A stretch of 64,000 nucleotides of DNA, from positions 92,878,001 to 92,942,000 of the forward strand of contig NW_024704742.1 of NCBI RefSeq assembly GCF_018977255.1, in the 5' to 3' direction. A program made the translations under genes and the position numbers. Shown piece by piece: positions 50,581-63,284 of the stretch. Within the stretch, counting starts at the first letter, position 1. Each line of letters opens with the position of its first letter. The notes under the pieces are model-generated. The model was not told the origin of the DNA, ran no database searches, and saw only the letters and a list, made by a program, of their open reading frames with translations. The stretch comes from Callorhinchus milii (Eukaryota).

Positions 50581-53169
50581 AATTCAGAATTCATTTAAAT
50601 GAATGTAGTGTCCTGGACTTAAAAAAAACCTAAGGAAAAATCAGCTTCTAAATTAATAGCAACTAGAGGATCTAAAAGAGAATTTACGAAGAACTATTTC
50701 ATGTTGTTGTACTTCCCCAGAGGATATTGTATAACTCACTGCCCAAGTTGAATCAGTTAGTATAGATGTATTTAAGAGGAAGCTAGACCTTTACATGAGG
50801 GAGAGGGAAATAGAAGGGTATGGGAGAGAGTAAGGAATGGGTTGGAGATTCGTGTGTAGTATATGGCATGGACTAGTTAGACTAAATGGCCTGTTTCTGT
50901 GTCGTACAATCTATGTAAATTCATGTAAGAATTTTCCAAAAGGCTGCACTAACTTAAACAATGGCTTTAAGATTTACACCACAAGAAAGTTGAGGACTCT
51001 GCTAGCTGTATGCTGGTAGGGCCATTTAACACTTGAGATTTTTTTCTGAGGTATTAATGTCTAATATCTAATGTCTAATATCTAATTAATCTATTAATTA
51101 AATTAATTAAGATCTAATAAACTGGTGAAATAGCCTTCGTTGACAGAATGGCCTTTGGTAACAGTTTTCCTAAGAGTGTTATGACTGGCAACCAATTTAA
51201 TGTGAACCAATTTAATTACTGTGGAAACTGGGAATGTTTACATTGGAACAAAGAAGAATATGGCGGATTTTACTTTAAGGTTTTATCCGATCCTAAAGTT
51301 CATGGAAAAGCAGGGAGGGAAGGGGAGTCATGCTCTCTATCTTAGAAGATTTATTATAATAATAATAATAATCCTTGCATTTGATATAGCACCTTACCAT
51401 GCCTTCAAGACATCTCAAAGCACTTTCACAGAATATAATGTAAAGTGAATTGTATATTTTTGTGGACGAATACTTAGTTTATATTTAACTAGTTTGTATA
51501 GTGAGTGGTGAATAAGTGTAACAGATGTGATCGTAGTGGAGGCAGGGATGATTACTTCAAGATGGCATTATGACAGTGGTTGGGAATGAACAGGGTGTCA
51601 CAAAAGAGAGAGAGCAGTGGAAGTTAGAAAATAGGGCTGACCAGATAGGCTGCAATGGTCTTTTCCTGTCTTGTACATTCCTAATGTTCTAGTTAATACT
51701 TGCATTATTTTGCGGCCAGATGCTGTAGAATGTTTTCATGAGGGTTACATATTTGTTTTATTAGCTTTAACCCTGCTGAATTCCTGACTCATTGCCCCAC
51801 CTACTCAATACCTCTCTTCCAGTGGGAGGACAGGATATTGTGGGCTGTAAAACATCCCCAGGGGTGCAATCATTGTGGCTTGTGAAAAAAAGGCTCTACC
51901 TCTCTTGTGACAATTACTTCTGAGCTATCAGACCTTCCTCTCTCAGGGGAAAATTATAGGCATCAGAATTTGTGCCTTGAGAGAGGAACAGAACCCTTCC
52001 TCTCTCAAGGCATACATTCTGATGCCTATAATTTCCCCTTGTGTTTACTCAATATATAGAAGAAAGAACTACAAGCCACATAATAAAAAGGTACATAAAG
52101 TAACTAAGTATCGGGGCAGCTCAGGATATGTAGCCCATCCAGCATTAGCAAATGCTTTGAGACATCCTCCCAATGTGAAATTTTATTGTATTATACAACA
52201 GGAGATTACTTTTTACTTGCCCACTGATTCTGTTCTGACCACAGTGTTTCTCAACCATATCATCTGGTGGGAAAGAGACAATGCGGATTGTACAGCAACA
52301 CAGCCAACATGAACGTCTGAAGCAGAAGTCACTTACCTATGTACTGAAAAAGGTTTCTGCTTAGTCCCCATCAAAACATTCACACAATTAATGTCAGTCT
52401 CTGAATTATGACAACACTTAAAAATGTTCAGGGTCAGTGCTCATCTCTGAGTTAACTTGCTTATATATCACACATGACTGTCAGAAATCAGGAAAGACAA
52501 AAATCATTGAACCCTGTGTATTAATTATCCTGGCAGAATGTTGGCACGCTCTATCATGGGAATTTGCTTTCTGATTTCTTGCCATGAGCAACTTCACTTA
52601 TTCCTAACAATCTTAAAATTTACAGAACCCAGTTTTTTAAATAAAAAATACATATTTTTAGACTCATCAAAATATCAATGCTGGAAAAGGAACATTTCCC
52701 AGCTTTATAAAATAATAATCTTTGCATTTGATGTGACGCCTTAACCAGGAGAAACTGCTTTCACAGGATTTACTGTAAAGTGTAGTGACTGTGTATTTGT
52801 AAGGACACCAGGAGAAACTCCAACAATGCAGGTCACCCCACTGGAATGTCAGTCTAGACGATATGAATTCAGGGTAACGATGTGGGCCTTAAACTAACAG
52901 CTAACAGCAAGCTGGGTTTCATATACAAGGGCAGAGAACAAAAGAAAAGCAATAATGCTAATTTTGAACAAGGCATAATGCATGTCAGGACCAGGAAGAG
53001 TGACATTTGTCATGCGTGTAAGCCCTCTTACTACTTCGCATGCTATCTATATGATACATACTAAACACCAATAACTAGTTTGATTTATTGTGGATAATTT
53101 TTCTGATAATCTGGATCAAGCGATTCCTCCAGTTTGTCTGAAATCAATTCAGTGTTTTAGACGCTTGTA

Positions 53170-53495
53170 TTTCTGAAGTAAAGCAGAGCTCCAATACTAC
53201 ATTGCATTGTTGGATGTACCGTCCTTCAGATGAAACATTGAAATGGTGTCCTGTTTGCTCGTTCAGGTGGTCATCAAACAATGCCCTTTCATAAAATTGG
53301 TCATTCATCTGGCTCTTACTATGCACAAATATTTGTTATTCACTTCATGACTGTTTGTGGGACATTATTGTGTGCGAATTGGTCGCTGCCTTTGCCTACA
53401 AATACACAATCACTACACTTTACAGTAAATCCTGTGAAATGCTTTGAGAGTTCTCCTGAACTCAGTGGTGCTATATCAGACACAAGGATTATTAT
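53170..53495 (+). mobile_element. Deu-domain SINE
   Basis: ccgtccttcagatgaaacattgaaa...gggacattattgtgtgcgaattgg...aaggattattatt. Confidence 0.72.
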
Positions 53496-53686
53496 TAAGA
53501 TTGTTATTTCTATTAAATCCAGGGAGGGAAAATAATGTGCTCATCACCCGAGGGTTGCTATGTGGGAAAAACATATGTATGTTATGTGAGTTAACAGGAA
53601 CGTTTCCCTATTGAGGTTTTCAAGCATTCCAAGTCCAGTATAATAATACATCTGTCTAGATGCCCCAACACTGCAGCTCAGCTCAC

Positions 53687-54490
53687 AACAACAACAACAA
53701 CAAAAAATTACATTTATAGAGTGCCCTTCACGTCAGGAGGACGTCCCAAGGCGCTGGACAGTCAGGGGTCAAGACCCAACCTTGGGGGAGGGGTGGGGTA
53801 GTGGTGAGGGAAGGCAGAGAGTTGGGAGGGCGACCGAAGGCAAGATCAAAGACCGGCCTTGAAGGAGAAGAGGGAGGAAGTGAGGCGAAGGGACTGTGGG
53901 ATGGAGTTCCAGAGTGTGGGGGCAGAGAGGCTGAAAGCCCGGCCACCGATGATAGGACGAGTTGGGCGGGAGACATGGAGCAGCCCGGAGTCTGTTGAAT
54001 GGAGGGAGCGGGCAGGTTGGTAGGGAGTCAGCAGGTCAGAGAGGTAGGAGGGGGCAAGGCCATGGATGGCCTTGAAAGTGAGGATAAGGATCTTGAATTC
54101 GATCCTCTGAGGGATGGGGAGCCAGTGGAGTCGGGCGAGGGTGGGAGTGATGGGGTCACGGAGCCTGATACGTGAGGGTACACAAGCTGCAGAGTTTTGG
54201 ATGATCTGCATCTTGTGAAGGGAAGAGTTGGGAAGGCCAACGAGGAGGGAGTTTCCATAATCAAGCCTTGATGTGAAAAATGCGTGGGTGAGGGTTTCGG
54301 CAGCCTGAGGGGTGAGGCATTGGCGGAGTCTGGCAATATTGCGAGGTGGTGGTAGGCAGTGCCGGTCATGGCAAGGATGTGGGAGAGATAGGACAGTTCA
54401 GGGTCAAACGAGACACCCAAGTTCCTGACTGGCTTCGTGAGGTTGAGTGTGGAACTGGGGAGGCTGATGCTCCCAGCGCCTGAGGTGCTG
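53687..54490 (-). mobile_element. L2 3' fragment, a further subfamily
   Basis: IIQNSAACVPSRIRLRDPITPTLARLHWLPIPQRIEFKIL; 3' UTR differs from the youngest copies. Confidence 0.9.
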
Positions 54491-56592
54491 CTGCCTTAAA
54501 AGACCACCTCCTACTGCATGATTTTCTTATTGGGATTGAAAATGTAGTTTGGCAAACCAGAAATTGTGGTCACTGCAATATTTTGCTTTCAGACCATCTC
54601 TCAATCAAGGAAAGGCTGAAAGTCTAACAAGAGGTTAGAAACCAAAAAGCCTTCTGTAAAAAAGCCTTTGCCAGCTCTTGGAACCCAAATATTTTCCCAT
54701 CTTTTCGAGCAATTCCTCCATTTTCATCCACAAACCAGAAGTTAATATTAATGCATAGACTTGCAATTTGCACATACAAGAGTGAAACTGCTAAGTGGTG
54801 ACAAATTAGTGAGAACTGGGTGCTTTTAATGGGAACTCTTCTAAGATTTTCAAACACACAACTGTTCATAAAAGATCATTTTTCCCAATAGACAAAACAG
54901 ATGTCGATCCTAATAGTCTGGGCTGTATTTGAACCCCAAGCCCCAGAGGGGAGAAGCACTGAACACTAATCAACTGTACTACCCAACGCTCCTCATAGGA
55001 GCAGGCAAACAAGCCATCATTTTAGTCGTATATTGGAGTTGGTGTGGATCATGTCACCCGCTTCTGATCTCTAGAGAATTTGTCCTTTGCCAGAATGAAT
55101 GATCACATTTTCAGTCAGTAAAGTAATATAAAGAAAGCAGAAACAAATAAAGCTTTGCACCATTTTGATTATTTCTCGGAGATACTGTATTTATATGTAC
55201 TTCTGTTTTGTTACACTGAACTGTATGATATATTGAGGTTTTTGTGGGTTAGCCATTGTTATTAATCTTAGTCAACTCTACTTGGCTTAGAGTATGAGAG
55301 TAATTTTTTTTGTAGGGGATCTTTTTAAAACCACAGCCACTTTTAATTGCTATACTGAAAGCAGTATGTGAGTAGAAAATGCTTTCAGTTCAAACCTAAG
55401 TTTGTTAATGAGGATACTGGCGCTGCTAACTTACAATTAAATAGATTTAAAAGCCATTTATGGAAAGCCAGAGAGCAACGTCTGGCATACAGTTAAATTT
55501 GTATTGGCTTCAGGAGCTAACCAGACGATTATTAAACTAATTTCCAGTTAACAATATACAGTCCTTGGTGCCAATGTCCCATTCACTTTGCAAGATCAAT
55601 TCCTGCATTCTTGTCAATCAATCAACCAGCAAATAGAGCATTAGAAACAACAGGGCAAAAAATCAATGCCTTTTATTTCTCAGATCTCAGTCAAAATTCT
55701 GGTATCAATTTTGACAGTAAAAGGAAGAACTATCAATAGAAAAGTACTGTAGTATGGAGCCTAGCAATAAATGTCACTATCTTCACTGCAAGCTCATCAC
55801 TGAGTTCCAGCCAAGGTCCTGCTTGTCTCCCACACCAATACCAATTACATAAATCATTAAATTATAAAAAGCCATGTAAACTTGTTCTGTTACATTCCTG
55901 GAAACTTCAATATGTTGTTTGATAGATCTCCTATCAGTAGACAGCTTTGTTTGAAATTGAGAAACGTGAACATGATTTGATTTGCTTTCCTGAGATGGAA
56001 GAACATATTCTCAGAATACAAATGTTATGGATAGAACATCTGGAGACCTTGAAAGAAACTGGGGTAGCGGGGGTGGGGGGAGAATAATATTTCAAACTGT
56101 TCCCTGTTGGGAAGAAAGACATGTTTAAGATATTGTTGTGTGAAATGTGACATTTCCCATTGGGATTTCTTAACAAGGAAACTAGGAGTACATCACACTG
56201 ACCCGAGCGAAGCTTTCCTTGATGGGATCTGTATTTAGAGCAGAGTTACAGCAAGTTGGCATGACATGCTTTCGCTTACCAGAAAGAGATGCTGCTCTGT
56301 TTCCTTATTGAGGAATCCCATCAAAAATTGAAGGAGAGCATTATGATAAAGTGGACTCCTGATAACTGGACTTGTCTTAGCTTGTCACTATCTAGTCTTA
56401 AGTCATCATGCTGTCAATTTCCTGGCAGCATTTATTTATGTATTGATTCATCTGCCTAACTCACCACTCCAGTTAACTCGTCACAGAGCCCTTTCCCTTG
56501 ACGTGTCAAGGTGAGAGTTTACTGCAATTGTACGATTATGGATAGATTTCTAAGAGTTGACAGAGAGAAATGCTAGTTATGAGCTGAATTAA

Positions 56593-56902
56593 TATAATAA
56601 TAATCCTTGTATTTGATATAGCATTTTTTTAATGTCTTCTAGACGGCTCAAAGCGCTTCACAGAATAGACTGTAAAATGAATTGACTGTATATTTGTGGG
56701 CGAAACGTGGCAGCCAACTGCGCACAGCAGTGTCCCACAAACAGTCGTGGATTGAAGTGACCAATTTATTATCTTTTTTTTTGAAGGATTATTATCAGGT
56801 ATGTGGAGTAAGGAAAATTGCCCAAGGTTTCGCCCTGCTGGGAAACGAACCCAGGTCTCTCGTTTGTGAGGCGAGTGCTCTAACCACTGAGCTACAGGAC
56901 TC
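56593..56902 (-). mobile_element. Full-length SINE
   Basis: Reverse complement of 31999-32302, including the tRNA-like head. Confidence 0.9.
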
Positions 56903-57544
56903 CTACAGGAATTGTGAGGACAAAGAGTCTATGTGAGGGGAAAGTGCATTCAATAAAACAAAACACTAAAACCATCTAACAACTGTGAGGTGCCCTCTTT
57001 TACATGACCTTGAGCTGATTTCTACATGGTATTTGGGATGCCCAGCTGTGTTTCCTACGTGCTTTCAAATCTGCTGACAAGACAAAGTTAATGAGCCATA
57101 TAAGGGAATACCTGAGGAACTTGTTTCCCTGTACGCATAAAGAATGAAACAAGGAGCCACAGATACAGGCTGCAGTTTGAGGACTGCCACAGAAGTCAGG
57201 CCTTAGGAGACTACTTAATGCAAAAGAATGCACATCTGTGTTACCAGATAACTCATTCGTTACATTCATTACACAGCAACTTAAACTTCCGGAGTTTAAG
57301 CTTCGGAATGTTTTGGAGCCTGCTGTCTTCTCACAAGCATTTCAAAAGGTCGACGTCATCCATTCTTAATGGGTTTCACTTTGATAGATTACTTCAAGGT
57401 AAAATCGATGGTATCTGATCTCCCTGCACTTATTTAAAAGCATTACATTTAATAAGGACAGTGAAATCTATATGTAAATACATCAACTAATGACTATCCT
57501 ACGGTGGGAGGGATGGGGGTCTCCTTTGAGTTGAGCTGGCTCCA

Positions 57545-57713
57545 AGACTGAGATAGATAGATTTCTTATCGCAAAAGGGATTAAGGGATATGGGGATAAG
57601 GCAAGGTTAGGGTATTAGTTGGAGTTAGATTAGAAGATCAGCCACGATTGAATGGCGGGGCAGGCTTGAAGGGCCGAATGGCCCACTGCTGCTCTTACAT
57701 GTTATGTTATGTT
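57545..57713 (+). mobile_element. CR1-type 3' tail ending in (atgtt)n
   Basis: gatagatttctt...gattaagggatatgggga...gatcagccacgattgaatggcggggcaggcttgaagggccgaatggcc. Confidence 0.8.
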
Positions 57714-59244
57714 CCCATTCCCCTACAAAATGCCACCATCACTTCCACTTTGAAAAAACCCTCCCTTGATGCATTGCAGCTATCAAGCTATCGGCCCATC
57801 TCCAACCTCCTCTTCCTGTCCAAGGTCCTTGAAAGAGTCGTCGCCTCCCAGCTGCGCTTTTTCCTCTCCACCCATTCATTATTCAAACCCCTTCAGTCTG
57901 GTTTCCGTGCTGCCCATAGCACAGAAACCACCCTGGTCAAGGTCACTAATGACATCTTGACCATCTGCGACCAGGACTCCCTCTGCCTCCTCGTCCTCCT
58001 CGACCTATCGGCCGCATTCGATACGGTCGACCACGCTATCCTCCTCCACCGCTTGTCCTCCCACCTCAACCTTCAAGGCCCTGTCCTTGAGTGGTTTAGG
58101 TCGTACCTCTCCCACTGTCTTCATTTTGTTTCCACAAACGGCTTTTCCTCCAGCCCCCGCACTGTCTCGTGCGGTGTCCCTCAGGGCTCTGTCCTCGGTC
58201 CCCTCCTCTTCACCCTCTATATGCTCCCCCTTGGTGACATCATCCGCAGACATGGGGTTAACTTCCACATGTATGCGGATGACACCCAACTCTACCTTTC
58301 CTCCTCTACCCTCAACTCCACGACCACCGATGTCCTGACAGCTGCCTGTCCGACATCGAGTCCTGGACGAGAGACAACTTTCTTCAGCTCAACGTGCGCA
58401 AAACTGAGGCCCTCCTGATTGGCTCACGTCAGCGCCTCCGCACCTCAGGCGCTGACACTATCAGCATCCAAGGCTGCACTCTCCACCTCTCAAAGCCATC
58501 AGGAACCTCGGCGTTCTCTTCGGCCTTTCTTCCTCATATCCGCACCACAACTGGCACTGCCTTCCACTACCTCTGGAACATCGCCAGACTACGGCACTAC
58601 CTCACCCCTCACGCTGCTGAAACTCTGGTCCACGCCTTTATCACCTCAAGGCTGGACTATGGGAACTCTCTCCTCGCCGGCCTTCCCGGCACCTCCCTCC
58701 ACAAGCTGCAGGTCATTCAGAACTCTGCAGCTCGTGTACTGTCCCGCACCAGGACCACATCACTCCCACCCTCGCTCGCCTCCACTGGCTCCCCATCCCC
58801 CAGAGGATCGAATTCAAGATCCTCATCCTCACCTACAAGGCCATTCACGGCCTTGCTCCCTCCTACCTCTCCGACCTACTATCCCCCTACCTACCTGCCC
58901 GTACCCTCTGTTCCTCTGGCTCCGGTCTGCTCCACATCCCCCGCCCCAACCGCCCTACCATCGGTGGCCGGGCCTTCAGCCTCTCAGCCCCTAGACTCTG
59001 GAACTCCATCCCCCAGTGCCTTCGCCGCCTCCTCCCTTTCCTCCTTCAAGGCCGGTCTCAAGACCTTTCTCTTCGACCGTGCCTTCAGCTCCCCTCTCGA
59101 CTCTCTACCCCCTCCTCACTCCCTCCCTTCCCTTCCCTCACCCTGACCATTTCCCCCCTGCTCGGGTTCCGACCCAACTGTCCAGCGCCTTGAGACGTCC
59201 TCCCGACGTGAAAGGCGTTCTATAAATGAAATCTTGTTGTTGTT
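57714..59244 (+). mobile_element. Longest L2 copy: 5'-truncated, reverse transcriptase domain, frameshifted
   Basis: [38 protein letters not shown] and YADD motifs; flanked by atgttatgttatgtt at 57699-57713 and 59245-59259. Confidence 0.95.
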
Positions 59245-59344
59245 ATGTTATGTTATGTTAAGATGACGAGCTTGGCAATGGAATATCACAATTGAGTCAA
59301 CTGTCTATGGTGGTCTCCGTATTGCGGGTTGCGGGTTGGTCTAT

Positions 59345-60097
59345 GCTGCGTCCTGAACCTTGGGGTCCTGTTTGACCCTCAACTATCCTTTCTACCTCAC
59401 ATCTGCGCCATGACCCGCTCTGCCTTCCCCCACTTCCGCAACGTTGCCCGGCTCTGACACTGTCTCACACCACAGGCCACCGAAACCCTCATACATGCTT
59501 TCATTACATTGTGGCTCGACTATGCAAATTCACTGCTTGTCGGCCTCCCCAACTTCTCCCTCCACAGGCTGCAGATCATCCTGAACTCTGCAGCCCGTCT
59601 CCTCTCCTGCACCAGGCTCCGTGACCCCATCACCCACATCCTCGCCCAACTCCACTGGCTTCCCATCACACAGAGGATACAGTTTAAGATCCTGGTCCTC
59701 ACCTTCAAAGCCCTCCACTGTCTTGTTTCCCCCTACCTCTGTGACTTCCTAACCCCCCTACCACCCTGTTCCCTTCCTCTGCTCAGCGGGCTCCGGCCTG
59801 CTTCACATCCCCCGCCTTGCTTGCCCCACTATTGATGGGCGGGTCTTCCGCCACCTTGCACCCATCCTCTGGAACTCCATCCTGCAGTCCCTCCATCTCG
59901 CCCCCTCCCTCGCCACCTTCAAGACCCACCTCAAGACCCTCCTCTTCGACCGTGCTTTCGATCTCCCTGCTTCCCTCCCTGCCTTCCCCCACCCCGACCC
60001 CCAGCTCGGGTCCGTAACTCTGTCTGTGCAGTGCCTTGGGACGTCCTCCTGACATGAAAGGTGCTATACGAATGTAATTTTGTTATTGTTGTTGTTG
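59345..60097 (+). mobile_element. L2 3' fragment
   Basis: LDYANSLLVGLPNFSLHRLQIILNSAARLL; (ttg)n tail. Confidence 0.9.
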
Positions 60098-60522
60098 CTG
60101 AGCCAGGCGGGTCCACAGTCTGTCATCTGCTGATCAGCCAGCCTGTCATCGGCAGGACTTGGAAGAGCCAAACCAGTCACTGTGGGCAGGGATTCTTCCA
60201 ACAGCTTCTGTTAACCATGTAAGCTAAAGCTCTAGTGGATAGATTGGTCCTAGGTGGAATCAGCTGGAAGTTTGCCTGAAAAAAAGCTAAGTGTGTGGTG
60301 GCGAAAAGGGATTAAACTGCTTCCAATTGCTATTGTAGTAGGAAGTCCAACCTGGAAATCAAATCCTCAAATAATTCCCATTAAGCTTGGTGACCTTGCA
60401 CATGACTTTGAGCCCTTATTTCCTATTCCCCCTAGTCTGGGCAGTCTGAGCAAACAGCACTCTCATTCTGAGTCAGAAAGTTGTGGGTTCAAGTTCCACA
60501 TTGGAACTTTGCGTTCATAAGT

Positions 60523-60892
60523 ACAACAACAACAAGATTGCATTTATAGAGCTCCTTTCACGTCGGGAGGACGTCCCAAAGCGCTGTACAGTTGGGTCAG
60601 GACCCGAGCAGGGGGGAAATGGTCAGGGTGAGGGGAGGGAAGGGAGGGAGCGAGGAGGGGGTAGAGAGTCGAGAGGGGAGCTGAAGGCACGGTCAAAGAG
60701 AAAGGTCTTAAGACTGGCCTTGAAGAAGGAAAGGGAGGAGGCGGCGAAGGCACTGGGGGATGGAGTTCCAGAGCCTAGGGGCTGAGAGGCTGAAGGCCCG
60801 GCCACCGATGGTAGGGCGGTTGGGGCGGGGGTTGTGGAGCAGACCGGAGCCAGAGGAACGGAGGGTACGGGCAGGTAGGTAGGGGGATAGTA
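60523..60892 (-). mobile_element. Young L2 3' fragment inserted in a + strand Deu-type SINE (head about 60435-60520, body from 60893)
   Basis: Near-identical to the reverse complement of 58875-59244; SINE head tctgagtcagaaagttgtgggttcaagttccac and body gatgagatgttaaattgaggtcc lie on either side. Confidence 0.88.
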
Positions 60893-62307
60893 GACCAATA
60901 CTCTAGTGCTGGAGGTGTCAGGCTCTGCATGAGATGTTAAATTGAGGTCCTGTCTGAATATTGAGCTGGATGTTAAACAATATGTTACACTGTTCAAAGA
61001 GAGAAGAGAGTTTCTCCACCTATATCGTAATAATAGACCCAGAGGTGGAGCTTTGCATATAAACCTCACAGCAAACTACTTAAATACCATTGCATATCAC
61101 TTCTGTTTATTTTCATTGTTGTCTACTTGATCAACTTTTACTGCATGCAGCTTCTCTCTCTCTATACATAGCAACTTTCACAATGAGTCAGGCATAGCCT
61201 TTTCATTACACACTTATTCTTAACGCGTGAATCTACAGCCAAGCACAATTTCACAAATGGAGACAAGGGTTGATTCCTACACCTTTATTTCAAAACTTCT
61301 TTCAAGAAAAGTCAAGTTCCATAGACGGTAACAAAATAAACCGCAGATATTTTATAATAAGAAGCTAAGTGTTATGATTCCTGCGTAGAAAGTTCAGAAA
61401 CCAGATATTCCCATTCGAACATCCGGTCATAGCCTTGATCCAAGGCTATGACCGGATATCAATCAAGTGAGTGAATCAAGCAATCTGATAGTATGGTATG
61501 TTAATTAGAACTAACGTGGTTCAAATATTCTTCCAATACTGAATGGGAATACATATTTCCTTCTTTTTCCTTTCAGTTAATGTATCCCTGAGGTCACAGT
61601 CTGTAAACTCCTGACCTTGAAAATCTATGCAGCTTGTTTATCCACTGTCAATGTTCCACCAATGTCAATGTCCCCACTGGGAATTGTCTGAACTTTCTCC
61701 ACATTATTGTCCGCCTTCACAATCAGGTAATTGTTGTTGCTGTCTTCACCTTTGACATGTTACCCTGAGCTTCGGTCCATATGAGAATGATTCAAATTGC
61801 AATGATTTGCATATGTGCATTCACATTCTTCTTAGACAGATTTCATCTGTATTCTGCACTTTGAGAGGTTACTTAATCCACCTCAGGACAACAATTAATA
61901 CTGAAAATTGTAAATGTTTAGTGCTGGCAAGGAGTACCAGTTTTATTGCTTCCTTAAGCTTATCTTACACTACAACTGAAGCCAGAGGAGCAACACATTA
62001 GCAAGGAATCATTACGGAAATGTGTCATTTATAATAGGAGTCAGGAAAGCTTTATTTGCAAACTGGGCTTTTTTAAAAAATAATAATCCTTGCATTTGAT
62101 ATAGCATCTTTTACATTAGGAGGACATCTCAAAGCACTTCACAGGACTTACTGTAAAGTATTGTGACTGTATTTTGTGGGTGAATGCAAATGTTGTTGCT
62201 TTAATTGTGACTTCTAATTAGGAAGATTTGTCAAACTCAGTCAAACATTCACAAATTGAAAGTAACAATTAACACAACAAATCTGATTTATGAAGATTAT
62301 AAGAGTG

Positions 62308-62534
62308 AAATTCCACCGCATCTAGATTTAAACTAATTTCAGAGTATCCAGAATTTGGCAAAATCTTGAACTCAAGTCTTAAGTTTGAAGCCATTTTTCT
62401 GTAGGTTCTATATTTTCTTAGGAACTGCGGAAAATCGACTTCAAAGTTAAGACTTATTTCAACAGTTTGGCAATTTCTGGTTGCTCTGAAGTAGCACCTC
62501 ATAAATAGAATAAATCTAGACCTTGGTGGAATTT
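62308..62534. repeat. Long imperfect palindrome, family A
   Basis: Three nested inverted-repeat blocks centred near 62415. Confidence 0.85.
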
Positions 62535-62899
62535 AAACCCTTAGAGCTTTTTAGCCTGCAATAAAAACTCAGAAAAATATATGCCAATAAATTTCAAAAC
62601 TGCAATCTAGTGATCTAAGTCATACGGAATTCATAAAGCCATTTACCCATAAATTATTATTATTATAAATTGGCTTTTGTATGTTTTGTTTTGTGAAATT
62701 AATCACAAGCTAAACTTCAATACTAAAGTCTCAGGGAGTTAGGGTCAGCCCAAACTACGATTTGTATTGTGAGCCACCAGAGAGCTGGCCCTCAAGTTAC
62801 TAAGCCACCTCTGATCCCTGGGTCAGCGATTAATATTGGCCTCCTTGAATATTCCTTTTCTGGTGTGTTCTTCGGCAGGTAAATTCCATGAATGTTCAT

Positions 62900-63095
62900 C
62901 TCTTCAGAATTTTTTCAAAAAAAAATGTGGTCACTCAATCCACGACTGTTTGTGGGACACTGCTGGAGGCAATTGGCTGCCACATTTCGCACACAAAACA
63001 CACAATCACTCAATTTCACAGTATATTCTGTGAAGCGCTTTGAGACGACTCAACAACATGATAAGATGCTATATGTCAAATGGAAAGATTATTGT
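62900..63095 (+). mobile_element. SINE 3' half
   Basis: ggtcactcaatccacgactgtttgtgggacactgctg...gattatt. Confidence 0.82.
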
Positions 63096-63284
63096 TCTGT
63101 GGCGTTAACCTTTTTCGCATCGATATTGCTAATACTGGAGGTGCTGTAATCACATTGGGAACTGATCATACACAAGGCCTATGATTTTACTCTTGTACCT
63201 TGGTTATATTGCACCATGGGAACATGTTTAATAACTGTCTGGAAGGGCAACTGAAGTCACAGTTCTGTTGACCTCACAGTCTAG

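Noticed and set aside
51055..51120. 7-bp-period AT-rich repeat; also a 15-bp repeat near 17185-17225 and poly-C near 26893-26908
   Set aside because: Ordinary low-complexity sequence.
56219..56324. Short nested inverted repeats (ttgatgggat / atcccatcaa); a similar small stem at 39176-39217
   Set aside because: Too short and degenerate to separate from chance or decayed MITEs.
57648..58418. Reverse transcriptase ORF as a possible domesticated gene or novel RT system
   Set aside because: Ordinary 5'-truncated, frameshifted L2 ORF2 with no endonuclease domain; its apparent N-terminus comes from an adjacent CR1 tail.
61577..61726. Exon-like interval with a strong acceptor and a cag|gtaatt donor
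   Set aside because: Stop codons in all three frames and no partner exons; a non-coding exon cannot be shown from sequence alone.
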